The notes beneath the pieces were generated by a model. It did no database searches. It was not told the origin of the DNA and worked only from the letters and a program-made list of their open reading frames with translations. Below are positions 36,568-49,879 of a stretch of 64,000 bases of DNA, one piece after another (position 1 is the stretch's first letter; each line of letters begins with the position of its first letter). This DNA is from Camelus dromedarius (Eukaryota): NCBI RefSeq assembly GCF_036321535.1, contig NC_087447.1, positions 45,198,001-45,262,000 on the forward strand, given 5' to 3'. The position numbers were made by a program, and so were the translations under genes.

Positions 36568-38039
36568 ACTGTGTTGCCTTGGCCTTTGCAGACAGGTCTG
36601 AAACACCCATGGGAATAGAGCAAGAGGTGTCCACTGGGACCCTACCGCAAGGAGCCTGTTCCCAACAGGGTTTAGCTGGGAGATATCACAGCTTGCCACA
36701 GCCCCTCCACCGCTCAGAGCCTGAGAGGCAGCTTCTGCGCAACGCGATGTGTGTGGGGTCTGCTACAGCCTTGGCCTAGCTTGGGGGAAACACAGCCCCA
36801 TCGTCCTGGAGCACCTGGGTCAGGCTGGGGCACTTCCTTGTAGCTGTTCCTCTGTCTTCTTATTTGTCTTCTCTTCCTTCTCCCTCTCCAGGTTCAATGT
36901 TCCAGCCACTGTCTTTTTAAAATCCCTTCTTGGACCTGCATGCCCTTTTCCTTCCCATTTTTATATTGTTTCTTCTATATTCTTTATCTCTTTTTCTCTG
37001 TCTCTTCCCCACTCTCTGCCTTTCCTGCTGCCCTTTGATCTTTCTCCCTCTGACTTTTCACTTCTCTCTCCATCCTTTGCTCCCACTTTTTGCTTGGCAT
37101 GAACATGGAGAAAAATTATTAAGGAATAGAAAAGAACACTCAGCTGAACTCAAGCATCATCTCCAATGAGGACAGGAAAGAGGTACTACAAGTGGCCGGA
37201 TTCTGTGGCAGCTGGCTTTTAGTTAAGACAATTTTAGACTTCCTTATAGTGGAATATGTGACATGATGAAATGAAACTCAAGGGTGGGGTGCTCAAGAAG
37301 TTGGGGGGGCATGTGTCTCCTTAAGACAGTCTCCTCTAAAACCCTCAGTGTCAGTTCCTTTGTGCAGTACTAATCAGAGCTCATTATGTTGGACGGGTTT
37401 CCCAGGGCTTATCCAGTTCCTCCTCTCTGCCTCTTCAGACCCAGTGCCCTTACTCAGCATCTCCATCCTTCAGCAGTAGTTCCCGGAATCTGTTGTCCAA
37501 AACACGTATCCCTCGGGTAGAGAATTTCTCTCTGATTTCCCATCTGATTGTTCATTGATATAAACTGAAAATTTTCTGGCAGAAAAACATTTTCCCCCCA
37601 AGGAAAACATAAAATAATAAAGTACTCAGTAGTGGGTAATTAAACTGAAACATTAGGAATGATTCATGAAAGGCAGAAGGGATCTAACAAATTCCAAAAC
37701 TAGTAGGCAAAGCCACTCAGCCCAGGCTCTGGGAGGGTCTTGGATGCGCCATAGAAATACTGTGCAATATTCCTAAACGTAGCTCCTTCCTCGAATGGTT
37801 GTTTCTGAAACTCCGCAGTGCAAGAGACCAAAGGGAAAGATGTAAAATGCACTGATGACTCTTATCAGCCTTTCTCACAACCTCATTTGGTCTGATGTAA
37901 AGGCAACATTTCTCATCATCTACTCTTGAGTTCGAAAGTCTGTGAGAAGGAAAACAATGGTCTGTTATGGAAATTAAAGAATGCTGCTTTTTTAACCACT
38001 CATAGGAAAAATAAGGTAATGAATAGAATGTCTTCAATG

Positions 38040-39293
38040 TTATAGTTTTCCTTTCTCAATTTTTCTTAAGCTTTTGCAATTTGCTTTGGCTTGTCTGCAC
38101 CATAATTTATCAGCTGCCCTCTGCTTCCATGCCCAAGTGATTGCCTTTAATGCCTGCTTGGCCCAAATGTTTTTCATCCACCTCTTTGCTCGGACAGGGT
38201 CTGGCATCCTTCTGGCTATGACCTTCGATCGCTATGTGGCCATCTGCAACCCACTGCGCTATGCCTCCGTGCTCACTAACGCCCGCGTCGTGGTGATGGG
38301 CCTGAGTGCTGTCCTCCGACGCTTTGCTCTCACCCTGGTCTTACCACTGCTGCTGCAGACTGCCCTTCTGTCACCCCCAGAACATTCTCTCCCACGCCTA
38401 CTGTCTTCATGCAGTTATGATTAGGCTGGTATGCTCTGATGTCTCCCTTAATAGCCACTATGGGTCGTCCGTTGTGCTATTCACCTTCGGCCTGGACTCT
38501 GCACTCAGTTTCATCTTCTATGTGTTCATCTTTCAATCAGTGCTAGCCATCGCCTCCCGAGGGGAGTGCCTCAAGACACTCAATACGTGTGTGTCCCATA
38601 TCCTAGCTGTGCTCATCTTCCAAGTGCCTATGGTGAGTGTGTCCCTTGTGCATCGCTTTGGAGCTGGCCTGCCCCATGCTGTCCATATCCTCATGTCTAT
38701 AATCTACCTCTTTGTGCCTCCCATGCTCAACCCTATTATCTATTCCATTAAGACAAAGGAGATCTGCCGCAGTGTGGGGAGCCAACTCATGACCTGAGGA
38801 CGGTCGGCACTAACAGGATAATAAATCTTGAGTGCTGGCGTCAGGCTTTGAGGTTTATCTGTTAAAGACAATCTCTGTCCCGCCACCCCTTGAAGATGTT
38901 TGCGTCAAGGAATCTTAAGCCTTAAGGACATCCTATGCAAATAGGATACCAGTGACATTATTAAAGAAGATATAATCAGCACACAAGTTAACAATCTTAG
39001 CACATGGTGGTTTACGATTAGGGTAAAGGTTACAATGCTTATGCCTACGTGAAGGAATGCATGCTTTGAATTGTCAAAATTGTATAAATTGACTGCTGGA
39101 AATAAACTCGGGGTCCATTCTGAGTCTTGCGTCTTGCGGACTTAGAGTGTGTCCCTCTCAACCCCACCTTTGTTGTCTTCTTGTTGTCTTCTTTCTTTTC
39201 TCAGTCCTGCAGCACAGGTTTTTGGACCTGCTCATTGTCGGCTGGCTCCGACACCGCAGATTTCTCAAGATGCTCTGCAGGGTTATGTCCTGA
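38040..39293 (+). pseudogene. OR51-family olfactory receptor pseudogene
   Basis: ACLAQMFFIHLF..MTFDRYVAICNPLRY, frameshift near 38357, LSHAYCLH, KTLNTCVSHILAV, PPMLNPIIYSIKTKEI. The true tail (RFLKMLCRVMS*, 39260-39293) lies beyond an LTR. The 5' third is not confidently recognisable; start approximate. Confidence 0.88.
38773..39253 (+). mobile_element. ERV2 (beta-like) solo LTR, 481 bp, inside the OR C-terminus
   Basis: Starts TGTGGGGA, ends GGCTCCGACA; 6-bp TSD CCGCAG (38767-38772 / 39254-39259); TATAAA 39083-39088 and AATAAA 39101-39106. Confidence 0.9.
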
Positions 39294-39796
39294 CTCTTTG
39301 GTAGATCTAGAAGCCCTGGAAGATTTGTGTTGGAGGAAGAACCATCCGAACACCAGAGGAGGAAAGGATCAATGGATGTCAGTGTTATGCTTTTTGTGAA
39401 AGGATCAAACATTTAGTCTAGTATATGGGCCAGCACCTGCCTGGACCATCTTGGGTTTCATCCAAAAATCAACCATGTCAATGTTCTCTAGAGACAGAAA
39501 AATTATCTCTTTTCAAGAGTAACTGAGAGAATGACAAATATTACTACAATGTTAGGAGGTTTTTCCAAAAGGACCAGGGAACAAACTTCAAGACACTTGG
39601 TAACAAGGCTGGGGCTTCTGGTTATGGGCTTGCACAATTCTGAAAAAGACAGAGGCACAGATGGAGTAATTGCGGGCTGGGAATCACAGCATTATCAGCA
39701 TGCAAGTTTAGCTGGGGTGAGCAGTTTCGATGCAATCAGGATCCAAAGCCCTTCTTACCTTGCTGCTTGAAAAGCTGAGTTTTAGAGTCTGATAAC

Positions 39797-40278
39797 TGTA
39801 ATGCTTAATTTCATGGGTCAACTTGACTGAGCCTCAAGGCATCTGGATGTTTGGTTAAACGTTATTTCTGGGTGTGTCTGTGAGGGTAGTTCTGGATGAG
39901 ATTAACATTTGAATGGATAAACTGAGTAAGGCACACTGTCCTCCCCGGTGTGACTGGGCCTCATCCAATCCACTGAATTGCTGAATAGAATAAAAAGCTG
40001 AGTGCCTAAGAAAGAATTCTCTGTCTGATCATCTTAGAGCTGGATATGAGTCCTCTCCTGCCTTTGGAGACCCTCCAGATGGGGACTGCAGCTTTCACCA
40101 CTGGCTCTCCTGGTTTTCGGGGCTTCAGACTCGGACGGTAACTGTACCATTGGCTCTCCTGCGTCTGGACTCCTGAGTCTCCGTATTGTGACAGTCAGTT
40201 CTTTATAATAAATTTAAGAAATCTTTTTGTACACGTATTCTATTGGTTCTGTTTATCTGAAGAACACTGACTCATACA
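39797..40278 (+). mobile_element. MLT2 (ERVL) LTR
   Basis: Starts tgtaatgcttaatttcatgggtcaacttgactg and ends gaagaacactgactcataca, as in MLT2 consensus ends. Confidence 0.8.
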
Positions 40279-41185
40279 ACAGCTACGATACTAAAGCAGT
40301 CAGAACTAGACTTCAGGATTCTTGGCATGTTCTTTTTACACAGGAGGCCCTGAAATTTGTAGGCACTTGGACCTGCCAACCACCGTTGAACTCAGTGGCC
40401 CTTTGTTTATATCTCTCCTGTGACCTCCCTTCACTCTTTCATGTCTATCTGCTCTCCCCTCATGGAATCTGAGCTCCCTAAAGCCGCAACCTTGTCAAAC
40501 ACTTTGCCCATCCACATCGGACATACTGTGTCTCCTCCATTCAGAGCGTGGCTGATGATGAGAGCAATATGAAAGAATTAGTGAGAACCTGGATGAGTAA
40601 TCCATAATAAGTGATAACAGAAGGAAATCAGGAGTGAACAAATTAATAAATGAGTATTTGAACTAATAACTAATTTCCTTAAATCAGAATCTCGTATTAG
40701 GAAATATTTCTTCTCCCTCGGTGCCCATAACTCCTCTATAGAGAGAAATGCAAATTAGAGGTGGCATTTTTTTCCCTTTGTTCTTTCATTTTCCCAGCTT
40801 CATTGAGTTGTAACTGACATATAACTTTGTGTAAGTTTAAGGTGAACACCATGATGACTTGTTATACACAGACACTGTGAAATGATTACTCCTACAAGGT
40901 TACTTACCCCATCCAAAGAGGTGACCCTTGAGTGAGTAGACTGAATTCAGTCTTAATTTCCTCAACTGTAAAATGGGATCTCTGATTCAGCTACCTCACT
41001 TGTTTATTTCAAAGAGTATATAAAATGAATTGTTCTGAAAATTATATGATAATACGCATTGCTTATTTACTCAGTGTTTGTATTCAGCAGAATCAATGTA
41101 AAATCCAATGTTTAGCTTCAAAATATCATGTGCATCAGCCATGGTCTAAAGAAATGTTTTGTCTAAGATTCTCTTGAACCCGAAA

Positions 41186-41701
41186 TGTTACGGAAACGAC
41201 AGGCCAGTCAAGAAACAAGCACCACTCGGAGGGTTGGAGTACTCAGATGTATTACGCCGGCGGGCTCAGAGGGCCTTCTGCTCCGAAGCTCTGAGCACCT
41301 CCAAGATGTGCGCATGAGGTTTTATAGGGTAAAGTACAAGCTTGGGGTATTAGGCCAATAGGCATGCAACAGCTTTAGCAGCATTATCATCACAAAAGTG
41401 GAGGCGGGGAGGCAGCAAACCAACATTCCAAAGCCAGATATGTCTCTTTGAAAACCTAGCTGGCTAGCAAAAAAACATGAACAGCAAACCAACACTAATT
41501 AACTTAGATTTACAAGTTAGTCCAGCAGAACTCAGATCAGTATTCCAATACTTAGACTTGTGAGTTATCTTGTTAGCCCAGCCCAGCCTCTCCTTCACAT
41601 TCCTAGATCTGTGAGTTATCTTGTTAGCCCAGCCCAGCCTCTCCTTCACATTCCTAGATCTGTGAGTTATCTTGTTAGACCAGCCCAGCTTTTCCTTCAC
41701 A
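41186..41701 (-). mobile_element. ERV1-type solo LTR, copy 1, with a 51-bp tandem repeat
   Basis: TG...CA; highly similar to 62408-62855; TATA on minus (gttttatagg on plus); about 2.8 copies of a 51-bp unit at 41559-41701. Confidence 0.85.
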
Positions 41702-43131
41702 CAAGTAGAACTGTTCCACATCTGCTTTGTGTCCTCATTGTACTTGGAATGTACCTTAATCATATAAGTTACTTTGGGCAGCTTGAATCCTCAACTAGAC
41801 TGCAAGCAATTCATGGGCAGCAAGCCTGTCTTACTTATCTCTGTACTCTTCAGTCTCATTAACATAGCCAGACATCCTCAAAAAAGTAGTTAGGACATAC
41901 TCAAAAACTATACCAGACATACTCAAAAACATACACATCTATCCATCCATCCATAAATACACACATACGTATATATAATGAATTTTTATGTCTATTAGGA
42001 AAATAAGAGCTTATAATTTTTTTTTGCCTCCTGAATAATTTTATCTATTAATTCAGAGTCACTTTAAACAGGTTGTGCATGTGTGTGCCCATGCCCCAGA
42101 GGTCCATAACCAAGAGCTGGAAAGTGAGTACTTCTGAACACTGAAAGAAATTTCTATCACTGTTTTGTGCAGTGATCTTTTATTTATGCACAGCTTAACT
42201 CAACACATTTGCATTAAACTGGTGTGACTTCTTCCCATTCCCAGTTACTCTCTCATCAGAATATCAACATGTCAACCTTAGATCATTATAGCAGCCTTTA
42301 CTGATTTCCCTATGTTATTCAGCCCTAACCCAATCCACTCTGCAAATTACAGAAATGCATTAAGGAAAATTTCATTATATTATTTCCATTTCCATTACCA
42401 TCAAGTCCAACCTTCTGTATGGCCCAGAGGACCCTATGTGATATGACAACTCCCTTCTTTCAAACTTTATCTTGAGCCATTGCCCCTTTGTTCTTTTTGT
42501 TGCAACTTTAATGATCTTTCAGTTCCTTGAATATTCAAGGTTGATTCCTTACACGTGGCCTTCACAAGTGCTGTTCCCCAAGTCTTGGAGGCTCTTCCCT
42601 TCATCTGGCTGGCTCCTTATCTACTATCTCCCAGCTTAAATTGCCCTGTGGAAGATTCCTAGCCTAATAAATGCTTATATTACATTCTCTATTGATCTCT
42701 TCTAGGACCTTGCAGAGTTGTGATTAAGTGAAATGGCATATTTGTTTCAGAATCTGCAAGAGGTTCAGAAAGACAGAAACAAATGTTATAAGTCTTGGAG
42801 TGAAGAGAGATCACTCAGAAGAGGAGCAGTGAAGGGTCTTGTGTACACGCAACAGCTCAATCCTTGCAGAGGGAATGATTTGATAACAGAGAATAGACAA
42901 ATACAAAATTGCTTAACTGAGCTCAGAAAATGGCCTTTTGAGAGGAAGAATTCTAATCTAACTGTTTGAGATGTTTTGCATGTGGAACAGAATTTTTAAA
43001 TGGCTTCTGCATATCTTAACATAGCTAATACATGAAGACAATGGATATTATATTCTTAATGGACAACCATGGGGAAATTGTGAATTCATTTTCATAGAAC
43101 TGGTTACCTGACTTGTAAACTCCTCTGAATT

Positions 43132-43338
43132 CAGTAGTTCTCAACCAGGGGCTATTTTGTCCCTCAGGGGACATTTGGTAACGTCTAGAAACATTTTTGG
43201 TTGTCAAAAATGGGGTAGAGCATCTATTAGGTTAAGACCAGAGATGCTGCTAAATATCTCACAATGCACAAGACGTCACATTACAACAAAGAACTATCCC
43301 TCCCAAAATGTTAACAGCACTGAGGCTGAGAAATCCTG
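43132..43338. mobile_element. MER20 DNA transposon
   Basis: cagtagttctcaaccaggggctattttgtccctcaggggacatttgg...gaggctgagaaatcctg with terminal inverted repeats. Confidence 0.8.
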
Positions 43339-45141
43339 CCCTAATTACAGACTCGAAGGAGTTATGAATTCCAGGATGTAAGTAGAGGTTCCTGAAGAGA
43401 ACCACTGGAAAGAGCGAGGCCTCACCTCACACCCAAGAACGGGGCAGGGAGTTACACGGCACTTGCCTTGAAGCAAAAGAGAGGATCCTCGAGAATTCTG
43501 CTCAGGAAACAAACGTCCCCTGAGGTTTGGGGAAAGCGAGGCATAGCAGACTGGCTCCTTACTTATGTCTGAAAATCTGAATAGAGCGATAAAAGCTCCC
43601 TTGCTGTTCTGATAGCAGATTGAATGGGAGCCTATTCCTGTTCTGCGGTAGGGCATTTGTTGCAACCATTTCCTGGGTGGGCTACATGTTACAGCGTGCT
43701 GTTGTCTGAGATCTTGGCCAGAAGAATGTATGGTTTTACAAAGGGGGCCTGGCTTGTGGATGGAATCAAAGGCAACCATATATTAGTTTAAATCAAGTGG
43801 AGAAGGAAAAGATGGGGAGAAGGCTCTTCATTCATCAAGGAAAGCACCCAATGAAAGAAAGAGTCAGCTCTAAACACTTAGCATGCCTGGGACACATGAC
43901 AGCAGCTAACTGAACCATAATCAACTGTGAATCTTCCCCTTGCCCTTGTGGCTTCTCAGGGGAGGAGGAGCCAGAGAACATGCTTAGCAAGTGAAGGATG
44001 GGAGAAGACGAAAGGCTGTGCCTCTGAACCCTGGAAAGCGTGACTGTTCCAAGAGGCTGAGCAGTCTAATAGTCACCAGAGGATGTTTTATTTTCTGAAT
44101 GTGACCAGGACCATAGGGAACTGAGTTCTCATCCAAGGGTAAGGAAAGAACTAATCCTTTCAGTACATTTAAAGGAGTAAGAAAAGTAAACTTATTTTCT
44201 CATTAGCCCTTATTTGTCGTACTAGGTCAACAGATCACAAAATGCTGGGATTTCTTAGAAGGTAACGAGCTCCTCTCTTATATGCCTGCCCAGCGGCCAC
44301 CAGACGGTGTCTTGCATTGGGTAGAGAATTGCTCTGGCAGGTTGCTGAGTTCTTTTTCAGCTAAGAGTATGTGCTTTATTCTCAGTAGTCGTGGAAAACC
44401 TCAGGAGACTAGAGCCTTCCTGATGTGTTTTCAGACATGAAGTCAGCATCACTCTTTGCTCTCTCTCCAGGGGCTTAGAATGAAACATAAAAGAGGCCAG
44501 CGTGAACGCACTGTCGCAGCTGGAGAGAAGGAAGTGTAGTTCTGTGGGTGTCTCTCATCTGTCTGTCTTCTGGTGAGTTCTGAAACCCAGTCGGGGTGAG
44601 CTAGCGGACTGTCCTGAAGCCTGCCCCAAGAAAGGGTTAAACTGGGAAAGGGGTAGGGTGAGGTGCTGAGGGAGAGACTGAGTGGTGGTTATCAGATAGA
44701 AGCATCTGAGCTGAGTGGGCAGAGCAGGTGGAAAGTTCCGTGGACTTGTGGTTCTTGCCATGGCACTATCTGATTGTGTGACTCTGGGTAATTCACTGTA
44801 TTCTCTAGATTGTTCTCTTTCCAGAATCAGTTTCCTTGAGATCCATGTTTCTCTGACTCATTAGCATTGTTGCAAGTTCAGAGAGGAAAGCAGGACTCTG
44901 AGTACAAGAAAGGTTCAGAAATCCAGGAGCAAAGTGGTTACTACCAGTTCCACGACTCTAACAGCAGAGCCAGCTCACATGGTCTTACCTTATGAATTCT
45001 GAGAAACAATATGTAAAAGTCACCCAGGAGATTATAAAAGCAGGAGAAATCAGCTAGTTATAAACTTTAGATGAGCATGGATAGATAAGCATTTCTAGAT
45101 TTTTTTATAATCCATGATGTAGATTAACAGCTATGGCTTTT

Positions 45142-45270
45142 GGGGGGAGGTATAGCTCAGTAGTAGAGTGCGTGTTTGGCAAGCATGCAGTCCTGGGTTC
45201 AATCCCTAGTACCTCTATTTAATAAACAAACAAACAAACCTAATTACCCCTTCAAAAAAAAAGCCCCCAA
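45142..45270 (+). mobile_element. tRNA-Ala-derived SINE (Vic-1 type)
   Basis: Same head and (AAAC)n tail; TSD ctatggct (45131-45138 / 45273-45280). Confidence 0.9.
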
Positions 45271-48150
45271 TACTATGGCTCTTAGAAGACCCTTTCTATA
45301 CACACTTCCAGTCCCATCTCTACCTTATTTTTGTTGTCCTTAGCATCGCTAGCAAATCGTCACAGCTATTCTTTGCTTGACCAAAAATTAAGAAGGAAAA
45401 TAAAAGAACATCAAAGCCATAAAGGATATTTTAAAATTTCCATAGAGATAGTTATAAAAAAGAAGAGATTGAGGTGTAGAAAGAGAAACAGATTTGCTGA
45501 AGCTTACACAGCCAGGACATGCCAGAGCACAGTTAAATCACAGGACGTTAGATTCCCAGGCCAGTACCTGTTCCCCTACACCATCCTGGTTCCTATAAGG
45601 CTTCAGTTAAGGAAAGGCTCTGGGTTGTGGGGTCAGAAGAAATTGAGTCCAGCATTGAATGCAGGTACTTTTTACATCATTTTCACCACATGAATCTGCC
45701 TTTAGCCACCCTCTCTCTTCAAGGATACCTGAGAAATCTCCATCCAGACACATGCACCTCTATTTTCTTTATCCATGTCCTTTCCAGCATTTTTGTGATG
45801 CCTCTCAGACCTCAGTGGGGTCTTCATATCCTTTTTTAGAGAGTCTTATGTATCTTTATTTACATTGAGGTTTATCAGCTCCTTGATCTACTCTGTGAGG
45901 CAAGCTCACCGCAGTGAGCCTTAGTTTCCACTTCTGTCGAGGATTAAAAAAGTAGATGGTTGTAAAGGTCCATGCAGAGTGTTTGGCACATAGCACATGC
46001 TCCATAAGCATTGGTTTTCTCTCACTGCGTTCTTTTCTTCACTTGCATCTAGACAACCGCCAAGTTTAGTGGCTGCCAGATATGATAAAGGATATGATCC
46101 TGAGACTGTCAGGCAGCCTTTTTGCCATGGATACTAAGGTGTAGATAGTCAAACCCAGAATGCCTTTGGCTCTGCCTTTCACAGAATCCTGGTTTCACTG
46201 AAGCCTGTTTCCTTTTCCCTTTTCTTCCTGTTTCCTTTACATTAGCTCAGTCCTCACCTGTTTTTGCTCCTTACCTTCCATGAAGCTGTGTAAGGAGGAA
46301 TTGTAGTCAGGTGGGTAAAACAAGAGATGGAGAACTTTGGAGTCCTGGATCCCAAGGAATCACAGTTCTGAAGGGGAGACGTGCCTGCACGGACCGAACT
46401 CTAGGACCAGAAGGGGTGTAATCAATCCAACTCAGACAAGTGGCCACTACCTTTTTACAAATCTGGAGAAGGTCTGAGTTCTATATTGATGGAGAAAGTC
46501 CAGGAGTCTTTCCCAGAGTGTTGATGTTGCATGACAAAGCATTGCAGCATCTCTGTGGCCTTCAGGTACCTAAGGTTCCCAGGCCCCCTTCCTCTGCCAT
46601 TCCCATCAGGAAGGACTCTGAGATCATGCTCTGGCCTTGCTTTGTCAGAGGTTAAAGAGGAAAGGAAAAGGATAATAGTGGTACATATTTCTGGGGTTCC
46701 CTCCCCGCCACAGAGAAGGGTGCTTTATAAGCCTGAAACACATCTGCCAGGTGAAAAGCTTTTTGCCTTCTCAACCTCTATCCATCATCAAGGAGTCAAC
46801 ATGGAAGGGTTTCAAAAACAGGAGAATGATAGGGGAACGAAAAATATCACTGTCAGAGGGAAGTAGCTGTGGGTTGGCCTCTAGGAATTGGGTAAGTAAC
46901 ACAGACGTGCCACTGTAAGAAAAACTGAGTAAATGCAACACGTGAGGTTGGAAGGAGTGTCTGTGGGTGAGCGGGTTAGTAGCTGTGAGCAGGTAGGAGT
47001 CTATGAACATGCAGGTGGAAGTGTTTGCTGTGTGAGGACACGAACCGATGTGTGCTCTTGAGTGTTATGCAGGTGTGAATGCGTCATATATGTCAGGGTG
47101 GACAGAGAGTACGAGCAGGACATGTGCATGTTAAAGTGTACAAAAGTCAAGAGGGAGTGCCAAACACATATTTGTATAATAAAAGTAAGTTTGTGAGACA
47201 GAGAGAGATGTGAGTGAGTGCTTTTACAGAGTATGAATGGGATCCAGCATGAGGCTGTCGTGAAGGTACATGAATGTGTCTGTGTGAATTGTGTATTTTG
47301 AGAGTCCATATGACTGTGTGTAAGGGTGTGAAAATCTCTATTTGGAACAATGCTGTCCCACAGGCTGAATGTTAGTGTACCTAGAGCAGATTTAAGGGAG
47401 AATTCATATTTTTTCCCCCAAAACAGGGGTGCCTTATGCCTTTGCACAATGAAATAAATTCTTTTTGTTTTTTTGTAGCAACTCTTCCAATGAAAGGCTG
47501 ATGTCCAGAGGGGGTCAGTTCCCTCCAAGTCCCACTGCGCCTTCCCCATCCTGAGTGTACACACATGATCATTCAAACCAGCTCTGGGGAATACTTTCAT
47601 TTATCAGTGACACCACTGAATTAAATGACATTTTCAGGGGAAATTTTTAAATTTCCAATAGTTATTGATGGCTCAAACTCATAGTGCCCTTTTATAATAA
47701 CTATCTATGAATTGTAATTAACTTACTTCCATTCAAACTCTCAGTGTCCTATAAAAACTATCTATTATTTGTAGTTAACATATTTGCATTCAATGATGCT
47801 TGTAAAGCAGTTAAAATTGTGGACAATATCGTTAAAGTTTTTTCTTGGTGACTGATATGTTTAAGCATTTATCAATATCTTCCTTTTTCCATAAAACAGA
47901 GCCCAGGCCATAAAATATTCCAGAAAACAATAGCCCAGCCCATGCCTTGATGATCATAAAACATGAAGAAAAGAAGTTTGCCTGCAGTGTCCCCGAACCA
48001 GTGATTTCACGAGTGCATCAGCTCATACTGTGTAGACACCTCCTGCTGTGTCTTTTACTCCCTGATTCCCTCTCCTCCAGTAAGTGCAATTCTCACAAAT
48101 CTCTCAATCAGAAGGTCTGACCCTGAAAAGCTCTCTGGCTTCCTCTTGTC

Positions 48151-49089
48151 ATGGGATTGTTCAACGTCACTCACCCTGCTTTCTTCCTTCTGACTGGCAT
48201 TCCCGGTCTGGAGAGTTCTCAGATCTGGCTAGCCGGTCCCCTCTGTGTGATGTATGCCGTGGCTCTTGGGGGCAACGCAGTGATCCTGCAGGCGGTGCGA
48301 GTGGAGCCCAGCCTGCACGAGCCCATGTACTACTTCCTGTCCCTGCTGTCCTTCAGTGATGTGGCCATGTCCATGGCCACACTGCCTACCGTGCTCAGGA
48401 CCTTCTGCCTCAATGCCCGCAACATTGATTTCCATGCCTGTCTCATCCAGATGTTTCTCATCCATTCCTTCTCCATGATGGAGTCAGGCATTCTGCTGGC
48501 CATGAGCTTTGACCGCTACGTGGCCATTTGTGACCCCTTGCGCTATGCGACTGTGCTCACCAACGAAGTCATTGCTGGAATGGGTTTAGTGGTGATTGCT
48601 CGGAGCTTCGTCACCCTCTTTCCCCTTCCCTTCCTCATCAAGAGGCTGCCTATCTGCAGATCCAATGTCCTTTCCCACTCTTACTGCCTTCACCCAGACA
48701 TGATGAAGCTGGCCTGTGCTGATATCACTATCAACAGCATCTATGGACTCTTTGTTCTCATATCCACCTTTGGCATGGACCTCTTATGTATCTTCCTCTC
48801 CTATGTGCTCATTCTGCGCTCGGTCATGGCCATTGCTTCCCATGAAGAACGCCTCAAAGCTCTCAACACGTGTGTGGCACATATCTTGGCTGTACTTGCG
48901 TTTTATGTGCCAATGATCGGGGTCTCCACAGTGCACCGCTTTGGGAAAAATGCCCCACGCTACATACATGTCGTCTTGTCCAATGTCTACCTCTTTGTAC
49001 CTCCTGTGCTCAACCCTCTCACTTATAGCGCCAAGACCAAGGAGATCCGCCGAGCCATTGTCCGCGTGTTTCACCGCATCGAAATGTGA
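48151..49089 (+). CDS. OR51I2: Olfactory receptor 51I2 (or close paralogue), 312 aa, intact
   Basis: MGLFNVTHPAFFLLTGIPGLESS...AVRVEPSLHEPMYYFLS...MSFDRYVAIC...KALNTC, close to human OR51I2 as I recall it; acceptor ccctctcctccag| at 48080. Confidence 0.88.
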   Translation: MGLFNVTHPAFFLLTGIPGLESSQIWLAGPLCVMYAVALGGNAVILQAVRVEPSLHEPMYYFLSLLSFSDVAMSMATLPTVLRTFCLNARNIDFHACLIQMFLIHSFSMMESGILLAMSFDRYVAICDPLRYATVLTNEVIAGMGLVVIARSFVTLFPLPFLIKRLPICRSNVLSHSYCLHPDMMKLACADITINSIYGLFVLISTFGMDLLCIFLSYVLILRSVMAIASHEERLKALNTCVAHILAVLAFYVPMIGVSTVHRFGKNAPRYIHVVLSNVYLFVPPVLNPLTYSAKTKEIRRAIVRVFHRIEM

Positions 49090-49879
49090 CTTCACATTTG
49101 GCTTATAATCTGTTGGTTACTGTAGCCATAGGCTGTCATCCGTGGGGTCATTTTCATCATCATTATCATCATCATATCATCATAATGAATAAGATAGACT
49201 TTTTATACTGAGAGAAAAGTAAAAGATCAGGAATGGAGCTGCAAAACATAGCACAAAACAAGTGATCAGTCCATTCAGGAAACAGTGGCATTTATAGAAA
49301 GATAAATGTTAGAGGAAATTGAGTGACCAGACAAAACCTTACAAAGGGGATTAATCTAAGCTAGGAATCATTTCCTATAATGATAAATATTGCTAATATA
49401 ATGCTAATTAATACATGGAGTCCTTAAAAGTTCCAGATTTTGTTTGAAATTATTTTTGCATGAATACACTTAATCTTTGTAACAATCTTACAAGGTATAG
49501 AGAGTTAAGTAAACTGTTCAGAGTAATACAGATAATCTGTGACCCAGAGGAGATTCAACACTAGTCTGTCTCCAGTATCTGTACCCAACCGCTACAAATC
49601 CTGCCTCTCTAACTGACATCACTATTAACATTACAACTGCTGTCCTTGCTTCCACTACCATCATCGTTCTCAAAATTTCATGAGTTGTTTTAACTTCACA
49701 AAGTGAAATTTGATGTGCTGTCAGAATTTGCCATAAGATGTATAAACAAGTATGACCCAGGAAAACTGATAGAGGCTGACGTCTAGAAAAAATTCCAGGT
49801 TCCTCTCTGCCTCCCTTATCTGCCCACCACTCATACATGTCCCAAGGAAAACATATTTAATAGCCAAAACCATTCTTCC

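Noticed and set aside
37366-37960. Possible 5' remnants of the OR51 pseudogene (WTGFPGL at 37390-37410; GNI-LII at 37902-37920)
   Set aside because: The two short matches are mutually incompatible in spacing and the flanks do not align convincingly.
41559-41701. CRISPR-like array
   Set aside because: Head-to-tail repeat without spacers in a mammalian genome.
41464-41862. ORFs with 17-aa repeats
   Set aside because: They are translations of the 51-bp LTR tandem repeat.
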